Assembly: GCA_964016885.1 (NCBI GenBank)
Contig: OZ024742.1
Location: 107,818,001-107,882,000, forward strand
Reading direction: 5' to 3'
Length of the DNA stretch: 64,000 nucleotides
DNA from: Eledone cirrhosa
Taxonomy: Eukaryota
The stretch's first letter is position 1. Every line of letters begins with the position of its first letter. Under the pieces are notes generated by a model, which worked only from the letters and a program-made list of their open reading frames with translations, searched no databases and was not told where the DNA came from. The position numbers and the translations under genes are program-made. Shown one piece after another: positions 47,521 to 62,265 of this stretch.

Positions 47521-48355
47521 TTCTGTTTGCATGCCAAGACAAGCGCAAGAATGAAGTGTTCATTCTACTGACATGGCTATAAAATTGAGGCTTGTTTGTA
47601 TAATTGCAAACGAATCGAATGTTATTATTAATATTCGAAAAAACTCAGATTACGTTTATATATATATATAAGTATATATCGTAGGCCCCCAACGGTCATG
47701 AATTACTATGGTTTTGCACCTGGAAAGTTCTGCTCCTAGGCAAAAGCCTGGGCAAAGTGTGATTGAGGAAAACCAGCAGTCGCCTATGCATGCCAGCCAC
47801 CCCTCTCTACATCACACATGTTGTCTAATGGAAAGGCAATGGCCGATAGAGCTTGACATCAGTGACGTCGCAACTTATTTCTACAGCTGAGTGACCTGGA
47901 GCAACGAGAAATACAATGTTTTGCTCAAAATCACAATACACCGCCTGGCCTGGGATTCGAACTGGAACTAGAACTGTTTCATTCATACGAATGAAACAGT
48001 TCTAGTTCCAGTTCGAATCCCAGTTCGAATCCCAGTACAAATGAAACAGTTCTAGACCTGTAGAAGTCATTTCTATATAAATATGCCCATACTCTACCAA
48101 TGTATGAAGTCCCGTTCTTAACTGTGTGTACATCCCGACACAACTCGGGAATCTATCTCTCTATATATATCTTATTTTTAAAATCGTTGTTAAATGAATT
48201 ATGTATGCATGTATATACATACATACATATATATATATATAGAAAACATTGTAGCGAAAAGCCAACAGTATTCCATAATATATAAGTGACTATAGCGTCA
48301 AAATGGGAAAAATAGTTAACGTAAGATGTGGGAAAAATAATTCAAACTCACCTCA

Positions 48356-48447
<92 letters not shown>

Positions 48448-48479
48448 ATGGTGCGTATCTATAATTTCTCAGATACGAC

Positions 48480-49320
48480 ATTTATATTCATTTTAGTAAT
48501 ATAAATATGCTACTAAATTTCTATTTGGTTGAGATTCTTACTGTTGAATGGTTTACAAAGGCAAAACTGTTATTTTGTAACTTTATGTGCGTTTTGGCCT
48601 GTCCTTAGGTTTGCTTAGAAGTGTGAGTTCATATGGATTTGGCTCTTTCTTACTAATGATCCTTGCTAAACATTTGAACTTCACGATTCGAAGGTGAAAC
48701 AGTTCTATAGCCATTAAGGAATTATGTATGAGAAAGGATAGGAGGGATGACACTGAAGACAAGGTCTAAGTGGTCTGTTTTAGAAATAGGAATAGAATGT
48801 GTATCGGCATTAACGTCAACAATAACAACAGTCATAATTGTCATTAAGAGTGGTATTTACAATAGATACTTTGTTTGTGGCTACAGCAAATCGTTTTAGT
48901 TGTCCAGTTGTGATTCTTTGTGTGATGGAACTCTTTCTGGATGCGTTCCTATTAGTGTCGACAACAACAACAACTAACGACCTAATTGGACCAGGGGGTG
49001 GGGATGAAGTCAGTATCTGGTACATTGATTTTGGTAGTGGTAATAAAACGAATAAAGTAATTCTCTGCTGATGAAGTTACTCTTAGCCTATTACGCAATG
49101 TTTTATAATAACATCTAATTTCTGTGCATGCCAGTCCAACACGGACTGTCGCCAGCAGATAGGGTAGCATTAGTCCGAGGCCAGATAATCAAATTCTTTA
49201 CCCTCACGAAATCGTTTATCTCACTATTAGTGTGCACTCTGCGTTCCTTTTTAGTTGGTATCTTAATGATGCTGACTTAATTAAAGAATTGAGTGAGTGA
49301 AAACAGCCCAAGATATATTA
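48480..49320 (-). mobile_element. Possible heavily decayed PLE C-terminal region
   Basis: Only faint remnants (LPY segment, GIY-YIG-like spacing); no open frame. Confidence 0.3.
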
Positions 49321-49344
49321 GTCCTTCCGGTGACTTTGTTTTAA

Positions 49345-49590
49345 TATTATGATGATACACTATCTACACTTTCTTCCGTAGTTGGCCTTTGATGCAAAAG
49401 GGAGTTTGTTACTGCTCTTCTTATTTGCGCTTCACCGGCTGTGAGTTCATCCAGGATCCCGGTCAACAGAATGTCGAGATGTCTCTTGAAAACATCCACA
49501 TGCATACCATGTAGATCTCTCAGGCTCTTTGGCAGCTTATTAAAAAGCTGGTGTCCCTTTAACCACAGGCTATTGCAGTATGTGGCCCTT
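49345..49590 (-). mobile_element. CR1-type LINE 3' tip (second family)
   Basis: NSLWLKGHQLFNKLPKSLRDL..VDVFKRHLD, a CR1-like C-terminus. Confidence 0.7.
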
Positions 49591-49644
49591 ACACACACAC
49601 ACACATATATATATATATACATATATATATACACATACATACAT

Positions 49645-52091
49645 GTAATGAATGAGTTTTTCTTGTCCCAACTTGTCCTTCACCAACAAGGCATCAGAAG
49701 AACATTCTGGACCTAGTGTTTAGTAACTACACTAACACTATACATAATATTACAGTAAAGAAAACCCTTCTCTCAGCCCATGACATGGTTCTTTGTAACC
49801 TGAGATTCCACCAACCGAAAACTAATCCCAGGGACCTCTTTCCAGCCCACCTATTTGATAACATGGATCTCTATAATGCCAACTGGGATGCAATCATGAA
49901 TGAGTTATCACATGTTGACTGATCTTTTACACACGCACTCATTTCCACCAACATCAAAACATCTTGGAAGATCTCTGTAAACACTACCACAAATATATAT
50001 GCAAAACACACCCCACCAAAACCTGTGAACAAAACTAAGTGCCGTATCCCCCAAAACAGAAAAACTATTATCAGCAACACACACATTCGATGGCTATCGC
50101 TCTGCTTGAATCAAATAAATATAACCTCCAACAATGCATGAAGACCATCATCAATAACCAAAGAACAACTGAAGAGAAGTGGGCCATTGAGAAAATCAAA
50201 CTCAACCCCAAAGTGTTCTTTTCATTTGCGAAAAAAACACAAGGTCACTGTCTCCACTGTTGGCCCTCTAGTTGATGAAAATGGCACACTCCAAGATAAT
50301 GCCAAAACCATGGGCGAGGTACTGCTGAAACAGTACTGTTCTGTTTTCAGTAATCCTGATATGGCCGATCTGGGCTGTATCAGTGATGTTAATCCCCAAC
50401 ACACTATATCGGACATAACGTTTGGCGCCCCTGATGTCTTAGCGGCTATAAACGAAATTAAACACAATTCAGCAGTAGGCCCCGACAGGTTCCCTGCTTG
50501 TGTCCTGAAGGTGTGTCGACACCAACTTGCATCTCCTCTTGCTAATCTGTGGAGGAACTCATTGGATACTGGCTATATTCCTGAAAACTTTCTGTCCCAG
50601 CCCTTAGTCCCAGTCTTCAAAAAGGGAAATAAGTCCCTTGCAGTGAACTACCGCCCGATTTCACTCACCTCTCATATCATCAAGGTATTTGAGAGGGTGG
50701 TGAGATCACGAATAACCCACTTTCTCGAAAGCAACGGCCTGCTGAATTCCAACCAGCATGGGTTCCGTAATGGAAGGGACTGCCCAACGCAGCTCCTGCA
50801 TCACTTTGACGATGTTTTGAGAACCTTGGGAGAGGGCTCCAACACTGATGTCATCTACCTTGATTTCAGCAAGGCCTTTGACAGGGTTGATCATAAGATT
50901 CTACTAAAAACACTATCCAATATTGGTGTCTCTGGAAAGCTACTACAGTAGTTCAAATGTTTTCTAACAGACAGAACCCAAAATGTTGTAGTCCAAGGAG
51001 TAAAATCAAGCCCAGCCAAAGTCAGCAGTGGCGTCCCACAAGGCACCATGTTGGGCCCCACTTCTTTTCATCATCTACATTAATGACATTACTGACATCA
51101 TAAAGCACAGCAGCATAAGAATCTTCGCAGATGATTCCAAGCTCCAAAGGGTCATCAATAAGGTAGGTGACCGGACTTGCCTTCAGTCAGACCTACTGGC
51201 TGTTATCCAATGGGCAGAAAAGAATAATATGCTGTTGAATGAGGATAAGTTTGAGTTAATCCACTTTGGAAAAAAGGATGCCCTGAAACTACCATCCTCT
51301 CTTCCTTCAGGTGAAACTCTCGTGGCATCCAACAACATCAGAGACCTGGGAGTAATTGTGGACAACAACATAAGCTGGGCCACTCATATAAACAGCAAAG
51401 TTGACATGGCCCGCAGAATCTGTTCCTGGATTCTCAGAACCTTCCAGTCGAGAGATATCCACACTGTTATCCTTCTCTTCTCCACTTTTGCCCACCCCAC
51501 CTTGAATACTGTTGTCCACTGTGGTCTTCCCACACGAAACAAAGTATCATGAAAGTTGAAGCACCCCAAAGATCAATTACAGAAAAGATAGATGGCATGA
51601 CAGGCCTTGACTATTGGAGTCGATTAGAAAAGCTCAACCTTTATTCTCTCCAGCGTCGCCGTAAGCACTACATTATCTGCATGATTTGGAAAATATTCCA
51701 TCACCTTTGCCCAAATGATGTTTGCATCACCTTTAATGTACACCCAAGGCTTGGGCCCCGTGCTATCCGTCACAATAAAACTCTCACTCGCATTTCATAA
51801 CAACAATACGGCACAATTATTACACCTCAATTGGCCCCGCTCTCTTAACATTACACCAAAACACATTAAAACAGAAACAGACCCCATCAAGTTCAAGAAG
51901 TCTTTGGACAAATTCCTTCAAGAAATCCCGGATAAGCCTCCTACACCCGGATATGCCTCCGTAAACAACAACTCTCTACTAGAGTGAGCCATGGTGCCCA
52001 AATCCTGATTTGAAAGACTTCACCAGGTGGTGCTATTAAGTTAGACATGACCTGGGCCAATACAGGCCGAAACCTATCAAAGTTATCAAGT

Positions 52092-52097
<6 letters not shown>
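49645..52097 (+). mobile_element. CR1-clade LINE, 5'-truncated and decayed
   Basis: SAVGPDRFP, NYRPISLTSHIIKVFER, QHGF, YLDFSKAFD, FADDSK, RDLGV, YSLQRRR; stop at 50949 and frameshifts; tail of (AAGTTATC)-like repeats. Confidence 0.92.
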
Positions 52098-52127
<30 letters not shown>

Positions 52128-52322
52128 CATACATGTATATCCATATATATATATGTATTGAGTACCTTACTTACTGTGGTTACCCCCGATTGAACCCGGG
52201 ATAAACTTATATATATATATACAATCATCATCATCATCATCACCGTTTATATATGTGCGTATATATATATAAATAATATATATATAAGTAAATATGTATA
52301 CACCCTCCCCCCATATATATAT

Positions 52323-52357
<35 letters not shown>

Positions 52358-52671
52358 TATAGAGTTATGGAATAAACATATTTATATTGGTACATAAGTG
52401 TGTAGCTAGATTATACTTTGGCACAGTTATTGCTCAATGGGACTATATTTATATATTTTATCAGAGGTAAACAATAAAATAAGTATATAAATACATATCT
52501 GCCGAAAGCTTGGTCGAGAATGCTAACGTATCGCTATATCTATATTATTCTAAACACATACTAGCTATCAGATATAGCAGTCTTTTTGTCTATATAAAGT
52601 TTATACTTTTGCCTATCTATCTGCAGATCTATATTTATGTATCTAACTTTGTGTGTGTGTGTCTCTCTATC

Positions 52672-52762
<91 letters not shown>

Positions 52763-52764
52763 TA

Positions 52765-52795
<31 letters not shown>

Positions 52796-52933
52796 TTATA
52801 CATACACACAGAAAAATAGAAATATTCCTTAATTTGGAATTCAATTCATTTTCCTCGTATTTGGTAATCCATAATACCAAAATACAGACGCACACACGCA
52901 CGCACGTACGCACACACACATACTTACGCACAC

Positions 52934-52998
<65 letters not shown>

Positions 52999-53048
52999 AT
53001 AAAGGATTTTAACATCTGAAATTACTTCGCATTTTCTTATTCTCTCTC

Positions 53049-53098
<50 letters not shown>

Positions 53099-53172
53099 GA
53101 TAAACATTGATGCAATTCAATTCAAGCACTCAACGTACTTTTTCCACATAGGAGTGACGGAGTAAATGTCGA

Positions 53173-53319
<147 letters not shown>

Positions 53320-53322
53320 ATA

Positions 53323-53366
<44 letters not shown>

Positions 53367-53367
53367 A

Positions 53368-53485
<118 letters not shown>

Positions 53486-53543
53486 GATATATATATGTAT
53501 ATAGATATATATATGTATATATATATATATAGATATATATATG

Positions 53544-53584
<41 letters not shown>

Positions 53585-53632
53585 GTATATATGTATATAT
53601 ATATATATATATATATACCTGAATACTGAAAC

Positions 53633-53665
<33 letters not shown>

Positions 53666-55176
53666 AATAAACACACACACACACACACACACACATAAAT
53701 ATATATATACATATATGTTTGTATATCTGTTTGTCATACCCAACTAAATTTGATTCCCTTTCTAATATCCATTGTAGGAGACCACTGTTAATATAATTCC
53801 CGATGATATACAGGAATATAACAGGAACATAACAGGAATACACACCAATATTACATTGCAGGAAACTAAATACATTTCACTGAGACACATTTAGTAAATA
53901 ATAGCGTTTCCTCTGTAGTAATAAACACGCGAGATAGATAGATAGAGAGTGGTTGAGAGAAAGAGAGCGAGAGAGAGAGAGGTTGAGAGAAAGAAAGAGT
54001 GAGAGAGAGTGAGAGTGAGTGACAGAGAGAGAGAGAAAGAGAACGAGAGAGTGAGAGTGTGAGAGTGAGAGGTAGAGAAAGAGAGATTAGATGTATTTCA
54101 CTTGAGTCTAAAGTAAATATTGAAAGGAAGATATAAGCAATGTGATCGAAACGTTTGTATTGATCACAGAAAATGTGATAGAAATAAATCCAATATGTAG
54201 TGTGAGATATACAAATAACGAAAACAAAGGACAAGGCGCAAATCAAACGAAGAACAAAAAAACTATAACAAATGTAGAAAAAGCAGACGATATCTAAACG
54301 GTTTATTGAATCATATGATGGTATCAATTTTATTGTAAATGAAAGAATGAAAAAGATGAATACAAACTGAATGAAACAACTAAAGGAAAAGCAGAAGAAT
54401 AACGGAGGAACAAATATTGTTATTGTGATTCCAAAGTAAGCAATAAAATGTTGGCAACGTGAGGAAATCGACTGAGATAAGACGAATAAAAGACAAACAT
54501 CTATAGCAGAGTTTGTCGTATGGTTTCAGTTCTAACTACGTCAATATATAATCTATATCTTCTATAATATTATAAAGCTGAGTGTCGTGTGTATGTATGT
54601 ATGTATGTATGTATGTATGTATGTATGTATGTATGTATGTATGTATACCTGCAACCCTGATGGTATCCAATGATGTTGACTTGTTCTTCTTTTTGGTAAA
54701 TATCATCTTGGTTAAGAGAGTGGGACTGGCTTTGTGCAGTGCCTTTGCTCACTATAAAAGCTTCACGGCACAGGCATTGCTTTATATATGGAGATCTCTC
54801 TGCTCTTGTCGTCACATGGTACCATGGGCCCAGCACTATGTGTCAATAATTGTCACAAGTGTAGTGTTTGTACCAGAGTTTTCAAGTAGCTGGCTGGACT
54901 AAAAAGTCACACTCGTTCAGCGCATCGGTAGGGGTTCTCCTACACGGATATAAAGTAGTGGCCGTACTCGAAAACGAGTTGGCAGCCATCATCATGTATG
55001 TATGTATGTATGTATGTATGTATGTATGTATCCTACACACCTCCCTATAGTTTGTTAGCTTTACTCTCTCCGTCGCTCTTCCCTCTCTCTATAATAGATC
55101 ATTCCCCATCTCTATAATTTAACTGCTTTACTCTCTCTGTCGCTCTTCACTCCCAAATATTATAAAGTTGAGCGTC

Positions 55177-55249
<73 letters not shown>

Positions 55250-55260
55250 ACCCGCTCTAT

Positions 55261-55460
55261 NNNNNNNNNNNNNNNNNNNNNNNNNNNNNNNNNNNNNNNN
55301 NNNNNNNNNNNNNNNNNNNNNNNNNNNNNNNNNNNNNNNNNNNNNNNNNNNNNNNNNNNNNNNNNNNNNNNNNNNNNNNNNNNNNNNNNNNNNNNNNNNN
55401 NNNNNNNNNNNNNNNNNNNNNNNNNNNNNNNNNNNNNNNNNNNNNNNNNNNNNNNNNNNN
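55261..55460. other. Assembly gap (200 N)
   Basis: Run of N. Confidence 1.
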
Positions 55461-55481
55461 GAAAACGAGTTGGCAGCCACC

Positions 55482-55552
<71 letters not shown>

Positions 55553-55557
<5 letters not shown>

Positions 55558-56275
55558 TAAAATAACAGATTAAAGTTTAAGCAAAGAATCGCTGCTTATA
55601 TATATTTTTTGTGTACGTGCGTGTATTTGTGTACCTATGGCGAGTGTTTTCGTGTATGTACGTATATGGATGCGTGTATGTATTTATTTAATTTCAATTA
55701 CCTCTTTATTTTATTTACTTTATTCTTAACTCTGAAGCCGAGAATCATTCGGTTTCCGAGTTAGAATTTTAGTCTACGACTTCAGCTATACCATTTACGT
55801 GGTTTTGTCTTTGCGTGCAATTGTTCTCCACGATCCACATATGACGTATTATCTTCGTTTTTTCCGTTTATTGACAGAGAACGTCTCTATGAACCACCTA
55901 ATAGAATATTAGTCTACGACTTCTTTTATACCATAAACGTGGATCTGTCTTTGCGTGTAATTGTTTTTCACCGCTCCAAATAATGATGTATTATATTCGT
56001 TTTTCCCCGTTCTTTGCCAGGGAACGTTTCCACGAACCAAAGTATCGTCTTCCTGTCTTCCTCCGGTTGCAACGTTTTTTGAAATATTCACTTCTGCGTT
56101 CACAGATTGACTTTGTTAGTTTCAGAAGATCCCGTTAAGGGTGAAAGCAGCGATTCTTTGCTTAAACTTTAATCTGTTATTTTAATAAATATTTGCTCTA
56201 CGGTTCTTATATATTTGATATATATTTATCCTTATCGAGCCCTCTTTGGATTTTAGTCTTCAAATTTATTATTAT

Positions 56276-56280
<5 letters not shown>
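55553..56280. repeat. Dispersed repeat with terminal inversion; related to 57098-57640 and 31360-31550
   Basis: TTATTAAAATAACAGATTAAAGTTTAAGCAAAGAATCGCTGCTT at 55554 is inverted at ~56145-56188; the same distal flank is shared by all three loci. Confidence 0.8.
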
Positions 56281-56318
<38 letters not shown>

Positions 56319-56389
56319 GTGGTAGAACACTGGAAGGTAATATACGTAGTGGTAGAGCTCTCAGTCCATGGGACGAGTTAGGTAGAAGT

Positions 56390-56497
56390 GGTTACACAAC
56401 AGTTAGTTCACCATACCGAGAACAATTGTTCCACCTTAGCGGATCCTTAACGGTGAAACAAATGTTCTCGGTATGGTGAACTAACTGTTGTGTAACC
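56390..56497. repeat. Fold-back palindrome centred at ~56443
   Basis: GGTTACACAACAGTTAGTTCACCATACCGAGAACA.../...TGTTCTCGGTATGGTGAACTAACTGTTGTGTAACC. Confidence 0.9.
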
Positions 56498-56501
56498 CCC
56501 T

Positions 56502-56641
<140 letters not shown>

Positions 56642-57048
56642 AAATTCTAATGGACTAGAATTGTTTCATTCCTATGAAACCCTTAGGAATACGAATAAAA
56701 CAGTTCTAGTCCCTATATAAAATAATTATGCCTAATCTCTACCAACGTATTGAGTACCTTTTTTAACTGTGGTCATTTCCCGACCCCCATCGGTAATCCA
56801 CCCTTAATTATGTAATTATATGCATATATATATATATATTTAATACATTAACAGAGAAAGCCTTAAGCTATACTCTGACTGGCTTCCATCTCACTCAACA
56901 AACATTAGGATATACCTTAGTATAATCCCAATTTTACGTTTGGGGTGTTAACTAAATGTATTTTGCGGAAAGCCAGTTGTATTATTTTATATGAGACATA
57001 ATTAAAATATATCTCCCTTTCCAAACAATTGTTTCATTATAAGTTTTC

Positions 57049-57095
<47 letters not shown>

Positions 57096-57101
<6 letters not shown>

Positions 57102-57552
57102 TAAAATAACAGATCAAAGTTTAAGCAAAGAATCGCTGCTTTCACCCTTAATGTGATCTTCTGAAACTAAAAAAAATCAATCTGTGAACGCAGAAGTAAA
57201 TATTTCAAAAAATGTTGCAACCAAAGGAAGACAGGAAGACGATACTTAGGTTCGTGGAAACGTTCCCTCGCAAAGAACGGAAAACACGAAGATAATGCGT
57301 CATTATGTGGAGCGTTGAGAACAATTACACGCAAAGACAATTAATGACGTATTATCTTCGTTTTTATCCGTTCTTTGCCAGGGAACGTTTCCACGAACCT
57401 AAGTATTGTCTTCCTGTCTTCCTTCGGTTGCAACGTTTTTTAAAATATTTACTTCTGCGTTCACACATTGATTTTTTTAGTTTCAGAAGATCCCGTTAAG
57501 GGTGAAAGCAGCGATTCTTTGCTTAAACTTTGATCTGTTATTTTAATAAATA
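57096..57552. repeat. Long inverted repeat (~205-bp arms) next to (TA)n
   Basis: 57096-57305 is complementary to ~57342-57552 with few mismatches. Confidence 0.9.
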
Positions 57553-57651
57553 TTTGCTCTACGGTTCTTATATATTTGATACATATTTATCCTTATCCAG
57601 CCCTCTTTGGATTTTAGTCTTCAAATTTATTATTATTACTATATATATATA

Positions 57652-57848
57652 AAGGGCGGTGGATTGGCAGTATCAGTAGAGGGTCGGACGCCATGCTTTA
57701 CAGCATAGTTACGTCCCTTTACGATCTGAGTTTAAATCCCGCCGAGGTTGACTTTGCCTTTCATCCTTACGGGGTCGATAAAATAAAGTACCAGTAATGC
57801 CCTGGGTAATTGCTGGCCTTGTGCCTAAAGTAGAAACAATTATTACTA
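57652..57848 (+). mobile_element. Family A SINE, complete
   Basis: Head GGCGGTGGATTGGCAGTATC, B-box-like GAGTTTAAATCCC, central block, 3' GGCCTTGTGCCTAAAGTAGAAACAATTATTA. Confidence 0.9.
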
Positions 57849-57866
57849 TATATATATATATTTATT

Positions 57867-57930
<64 letters not shown>

Positions 57931-58084
57931 CGTGTGTGTGTGTGTGTGTGTGTGGTTCCGCTGTAGGGGAAAACAAATTGTTTGCTTAAACTTTTAATCT
58001 GTGCTAATAATACATTTTTGCTCTACGTGTATACTTATACACAACCCTTATCGTGTCTTCTCTGAATTTGGTCTTTGTATTAAT

Positions 58085-58135
<51 letters not shown>

Positions 58136-58679
58136 ACATATATACACTGGCTGCATATATAAACACCATATCAGTTTCATACGTACTGGGAAGTCAAACT
58201 TGTTTACACACGAACAAAACACGTTTGATATAATTAATAGTATTTCTAATCAATTAGATGTATAGTTTGTGTTAAAAATAAACTATTGAACCATATCTAG
58301 ACCGTTCAATACGTTCTTGTGTAGTGGTATCATATATAGCAATCAATATTATTCATGTAAATACATGTATCACGATATCTTTCGAAAAGACAACAATACT
58401 CTCATAGAATGCGTATTAAATGCGCATGTCGGATGTGGTTAGTTTTGTTTCCTCAAGTAGTGCATGTTTCCGGGGAAGATCTCATTAATCTTCAATGTTG
58501 ACTTCCTGTTAACTTACTTTGATTAATGTGTCCCTGCATGTATTATAACTGTTGTACATTTCAAATTTATTCCCGTTTTGGAACTAATTACTGTGAGACA
58601 ATATCGACAACTGGCCTCTACGTCTAGCATGCAAATGTTACAATTATCTTTCTCCCATTATATATATAAATAAATATAT

Positions 58680-58751
<72 letters not shown>

Positions 58752-58847
58752 ATATAATATAAGAATATACGAAAATAGAATTATTTCTGTCATATTACAC
58801 CTTAAATAGCTGAAATACTATATACACATTAAAAACAATAATTATAC

Positions 58848-58955
<108 letters not shown>

Positions 58956-59173
58956 GAAGATACCGTTCCCACACCAACAACAAATGCATACGCTACATCG
59001 TGGATTGCATAAGGGTACCATTGATATAATTACAATGAATAAACGATTTATGTAATATCAACATGTTTTTTAATGTTATATATATATGCGAAAAGTAAAC
59101 GGAATCAATAAAGCAAATAACACAGTACAATGAAGAAATATATTAGTTTCACGCTCAATATAGTAGGAAAAGC

Positions 59174-59207
59174 CTTGACGTTTCGGATACTAATTCCGTA
59201 TCAGAAG
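59174..59207 (-). ncRNA. Degenerate minimal hammerhead motif
   Basis: CTT-CTGATAC-GGA..TCC-GAAACGTC-AAG; the CUGANGA box is damaged. Confidence 0.4.
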
Positions 59208-59594
59208 ATAGAATGTGAAATAAAAGATGAAATAGAAAGATAGAGCGAGAGAAGTGGCTGGAACGGAAAAAATGTTTTGGAGAAAAAGCAGGTGTGTATT
59301 CAGTCAGCAAATTTAGGAAAAATACTAGTCAGTGGGTATCTTAGGTATCAAGAACATATACACACATTCACACATGTCCTCCCCAACTATACAAGGAAAT
59401 AATCCTTGTATATTTGGGGTGACATGTGTGAATGTGTGTATGCTGAATCACGCCGAAAAAAAGATTAGTTTAGATAAAGTAATACAGACTACGCGATTCA
59501 TTGAATAGTTTGTAGTTTTTTTCAAGTGTATTCAACAAACTGTAATATTTTAAAGTATATATATATGTATATATACATAAATATAAATAAATAA

Positions 59595-59632
<38 letters not shown>

Positions 59633-59742
59633 AAATGAGGTTTTTTTAAATGAAAAAAAACGAGATGTCCGACACGAGTGAAAGTATAAGGAAAACAAAT
59701 TGAAAATGCAACAGGAGTCTTTTAAGAATATTTATTTGTTTC

Positions 59743-59797
<55 letters not shown>

Positions 59798-60462
59798 AGT
59801 GGAAGCTTAGTAAAATCGAAGCTTTGGCTGTGGCCAAGCAAAGTCGACCTACAATAGGAATGAGTTAGCAAAGCACTCAATAAGGGTAGGTCCTTAGAGT
59901 AATAACATACGTTTAAATAGCTTGACAAATTGAACATTGAGGTAGGCAAACCCCAACCATACAATACCAGAGCAACGAAAGAACTAACAGGTTAAAATAC
60001 AGACCTGGAAAAATCAAACGATATACGTCTGAGGTGTTTCCATGAATCCGAAATCATTTATCCAACTTACGTAACACGCAAGCTCGTGGTATTCCATGAT
60101 CGAACAGAGGATTCATTTCATCAACAGGGATTCCGTTCTACCTCAAACTGGTGTCAACAAACTAAATGCGATCGCTACAGAAGGCAGCCTTCGAACACTT
60201 CGTTGTCACGTGTTATTTCCAACAAGGGAAGCAACCCCCGGTTTTTGGCGGGTAAATTCAAAGTGTTATATTATAATATTATAATTTCCGCTCAAACATT
60301 CCGAATAAAAGCTCTCAACCATATGTTATTAAACAAACACAAATAATTAACCAATCAACAGAATTGTGTAATTAAATTAATTAGTTAATTATTAAATCTA
60401 GGAGAAAATAATACAAGTGGAAGCTTAGTAAGATCGAAGCTTTGGCTGTGGCCAAGCAATGT

Positions 60463-60700
<238 letters not shown>

Positions 60701-60779
60701 CACACATGTATATATATATATATTTTATTTATATTATTTTTATTTATAATATGTATGTAATTACCTTTTGTAAGTTTTT

Positions 60780-61870
60780 AAATATACCTACCGTATTTTT
60801 ATACCCATGATTCAAATATAGACCAAATATCCAAACTATAAATTATTACGGACCTTATTTTGAACTCTGAATTATCCATGCATTTATTATTATTTTCTTA
60901 TATATATGTATGTATTTAACTGTAACACGTTGAAATCTATTATATAAGATTATAATCGTTATCATTTACCTAAAGTATACTGTATCACTAATACTTAATA
61001 TATATCTATATACCTCCCTGTATCTCTCTATACATAATTTTTAGATAACTTCTAAATTTTTAGATTATTATTTATTTTGAACTGAGAATAATTCATGCAT
61101 TTCCACCTTTTTATATATAGGTATCTATTTAACTTTAGCATACTTCAATCTATTATTTTATATTCGTTATCATTTACCTAAAATATACTGGCTCATTAAT
61201 ATATATCTATATACATAATCGTTATTTAAATATTTCTAACAATAAGTACTTCATAAGCTTTACATACCGAAAATGTTGACATTTTTATAGGTAATCTTCG
61301 TTAAAGTTTACATTTAGGAAAATATTTAACAGTGTAAATTTTCCTTTCACTGGCCAGGTAAATCCTTTAAATTTTATCCTCATAAAATTCAGAAGTTTAG
61401 AAATGTTAACACACTTATTGAATTTATAAAATTAATAAATATAAATAACCAGCAACTTTAAAAAAACCCTAAAATCTTGATTCTTCACCCTAAAATAACA
61501 TAAATTAAATATTTTGAAACTTAACCGTTTAGCTTTTGGAAAAAATCTCTTTCTGCATATATTACTCCCCTTTATCTTTCCCTCTCTTTAAGTCCTCTTT
61601 CAGCGGCCCTCATTGACTGTTATAATTCATGGGATGTTTTCCTAGATAACCATAACTTGTAGGATCCTACATTTTAAAATCTCTATAGCTGTCACATTAA
61701 CCAACGTTTTTCTTACTGACACATTCTCTATTGAATTTATTACGTTTTCGCATTTTCTCATTATTAGGGTATAAATGTTGAATTTTCTCTTAGGTTAATC
61801 ACTACCTTGATTAAATCTTAACCATTTAACATCTCAGGGTATGTCATGTATCATATTTTGTCTGGGTTAT
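60780..61870 (-). mobile_element. Possible decayed PLE RT region with an internal ~190-bp tandem duplication
   Basis: KDKG and SRF*GFFKV remnants in PLE motif order; ~60855-61045 resembles ~61070-61240. Confidence 0.35.
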
Positions 61871-62161
61871 ATATATATATAAAACAAAGAAAGTGATGTA
61901 AGAAACCAGGTGAACCATAACACACCAGAGTACTCAATACTTAGGGTAGTAGAGTGGGTAATAGGAAAAGATTCAGGACCCCGACGGCTGAGCTCCGGCT
62001 GTTTTGACAGCTAGATCCGAACAGCTAGATCCAAAACTGTTTGGATCTAGCTGGTAAACGCATGATAAACGAACAGAGAAGATACAGATGTATGAATTGA
62101 CAAGCGAAATCTACAATAGGGTACTTTAGAGGTAGTAGTTGAGGGATGAATTAACTTTTAT

Positions 62162-62265
62162 GAAATACTTCGGAGGACTGATTATCAAGTGATAACGCAC
62201 ATGGTTTTCCGTTCCTAGCTACCCATGTGCGTTATCACTTGATAATCAGTCCTCCGAAGTATTTC
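62162..62265. repeat. Inverted repeat with ~43-bp matching arms
   Basis: GAAATACTTCGGAGGACTGATTATCAAGTGATAACGCACATGG and its reverse complement around an 18-nt spacer. Confidence 0.92.
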
